Origin: an uncultured Flavobacteriales bacterium
GTDB lineage: Bacteria; Bacteroidota; Bacteroidia; Flavobacteriales; BACL11
NCBI GenBank assembly: GCA_913046315.1
Contig: CAJWRW010000004.1
Coordinates: 1-57,742 of the forward strand
DNA length: 57,742 nt
Reading direction: 5' to 3'
The translations under genes were made by a program, and so were the position numbers. Positions within the stretch are counted from its first letter, which is position 1. Every line of letters begins with the position of its first letter. The notes beneath the pieces are model-generated. The model was given only the letters and a program-made list of their open reading frames with translations, searched no databases and had not been told where the DNA came from. This document shows, one piece after another, positions 57,144 through 57,742 of the stretch.

Positions 57144-57688
57144 TGCCCTGAATGTATCAAAATAACCTGATCGTTTCCATTAGTCTCCTCCCACTCAACA
57201 ACAACTTTTTCTGATTTAATAGTATCTACCTTTTGTCCCACATAATTTGGTTGAATGGGTAAATGTCGGCTAAACCTTCTGTCAATAAAAACAGTTAATT
57301 CCACAGATTTTGGCCTACCAAATGCCAAAAGTGCATCCATTGCTGAACGTACTGAACGTCCAGTGTAAAGCACATCATCAATTAATACTACATGTTTATC
57401 TTCAATGGAAAAATCAATATCTAAAGCCTGTGGTTCAAGCGGATCTTTTCTTCTTCTAAAATCATCCCTATAAAAGGTAATGTCCAGATTCCCAACCTTA
57501 ATTTCTGTATTAGCGATTAAGCTTGAAAGTTTTTTGTGAATTCTGTTAGACAAATGAGTGCCTCTTGGTTGAATACCAATTAAAACAGTCTGCTTAAAGT
57601 CCCCATGATTTTCAATAAGCTGATGAGATAATCTTTCAACTATGATTTTGAATTTGCTTTTATTAATTATTATTTTATTATCTTTCAT
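57140..57688 (-). CDS. pyrR: Pyrimidine operon regulator / uracil phosphoribosyltransferase PyrR
   Basis: LDITFYRDD, LIDDVLYTGRSVR, DR...LPI. Confidence 0.96.
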   Translation of the reverse strand: MKDNKIIINKSKFKIIVERLSHQLIENHGDFKQTVLIGIQPRGTHLSNRIHKKLSSLIANTEIKVGNLDITFYRDDFRRRKDPLEPQALDIDFSIEDKHVVLIDDVLYTGRSVRSAMDALLAFGRPKSVELTVFIDRRFSRHLPIQPNYVGQKVDTIKSEKVVVEWEETNGNDQVILIHSGQ

Positions 57689-57742
57689 GAATGCATCTTC
57701 AAAAGATTGTGTTTTTGCATCAGTAATAGGGCCTCCAGCAGG
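57685..57742 (-). CDS. Probable 3' end of an upstream gene (unidentified, truncated by window edge)
   Basis: Open frame ...LLEALLLMQKHNLLKMHS* ending in an ATGA overlap with the pyrR start; too short to identify. Confidence 0.35.
   Translation of the reverse strand, partial: LLEALLLMQKHNLLKMHS

Noticed and set aside
57689-57742. N-terminal extension of PyrR or a PyrR attenuator
   Set aside because: The pyrR frame is open to the window edge, but PyrR is already full length and an ATGA overlap points to a separate upstream gene; no attenuator hairpins visible; cannot be resolved within the window
1-57742. Mobile elements, prophage, defence systems, tRNA or rRNA genes
   Set aside because: No transposase, integrase, phage, restriction or cas ORFs, and no unexplained intergenic space large or structured enough for tRNA/rRNA

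Overview
AT-rich, gene-dense core-genome segment of a Bacteroidota bacterium, most likely a marine Flavobacteriales. The basis is Na+-NQR genes, a T9SS plug and T9SS cargo, TAnnTTTG promoters, and Flavobacteria-type operons (nusB-DUF1573-yajC, parAB-DUF5683-dapB-lepB-wbqC, thrS-infC-rpmI-rplT, pyrR-pyrB...rnz). I see about 55 CDS, one SRP RNA (ffs) and several intrinsic terminators, but no tRNA, rRNA, CRISPR array, phage or transposase. Most notable observations: (1) a single ORF fusing the CCA-adding enzyme to MiaA, directly behind tsaC, with an in-phase A8 slippery tract at the junction where a shift of one base in either direction would separate the two enzymes; (2) a T9SS type-B SprB-repeat protein with a complete type-1 copper (cupredoxin) motif apparently inserted into its first repeat; (3) a strictly 21-bp-periodic non-coding array between convergent uvrA and ruvX; (4) a structured candidate L20 leader between rpmI and rplT; (5) a Lys-gingipain-like C25 protease; (6) a GT2 fused to a degenerate phosphoglycosyl-transferase domain. 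All calls come from motif recognition by eye; no database search was run.
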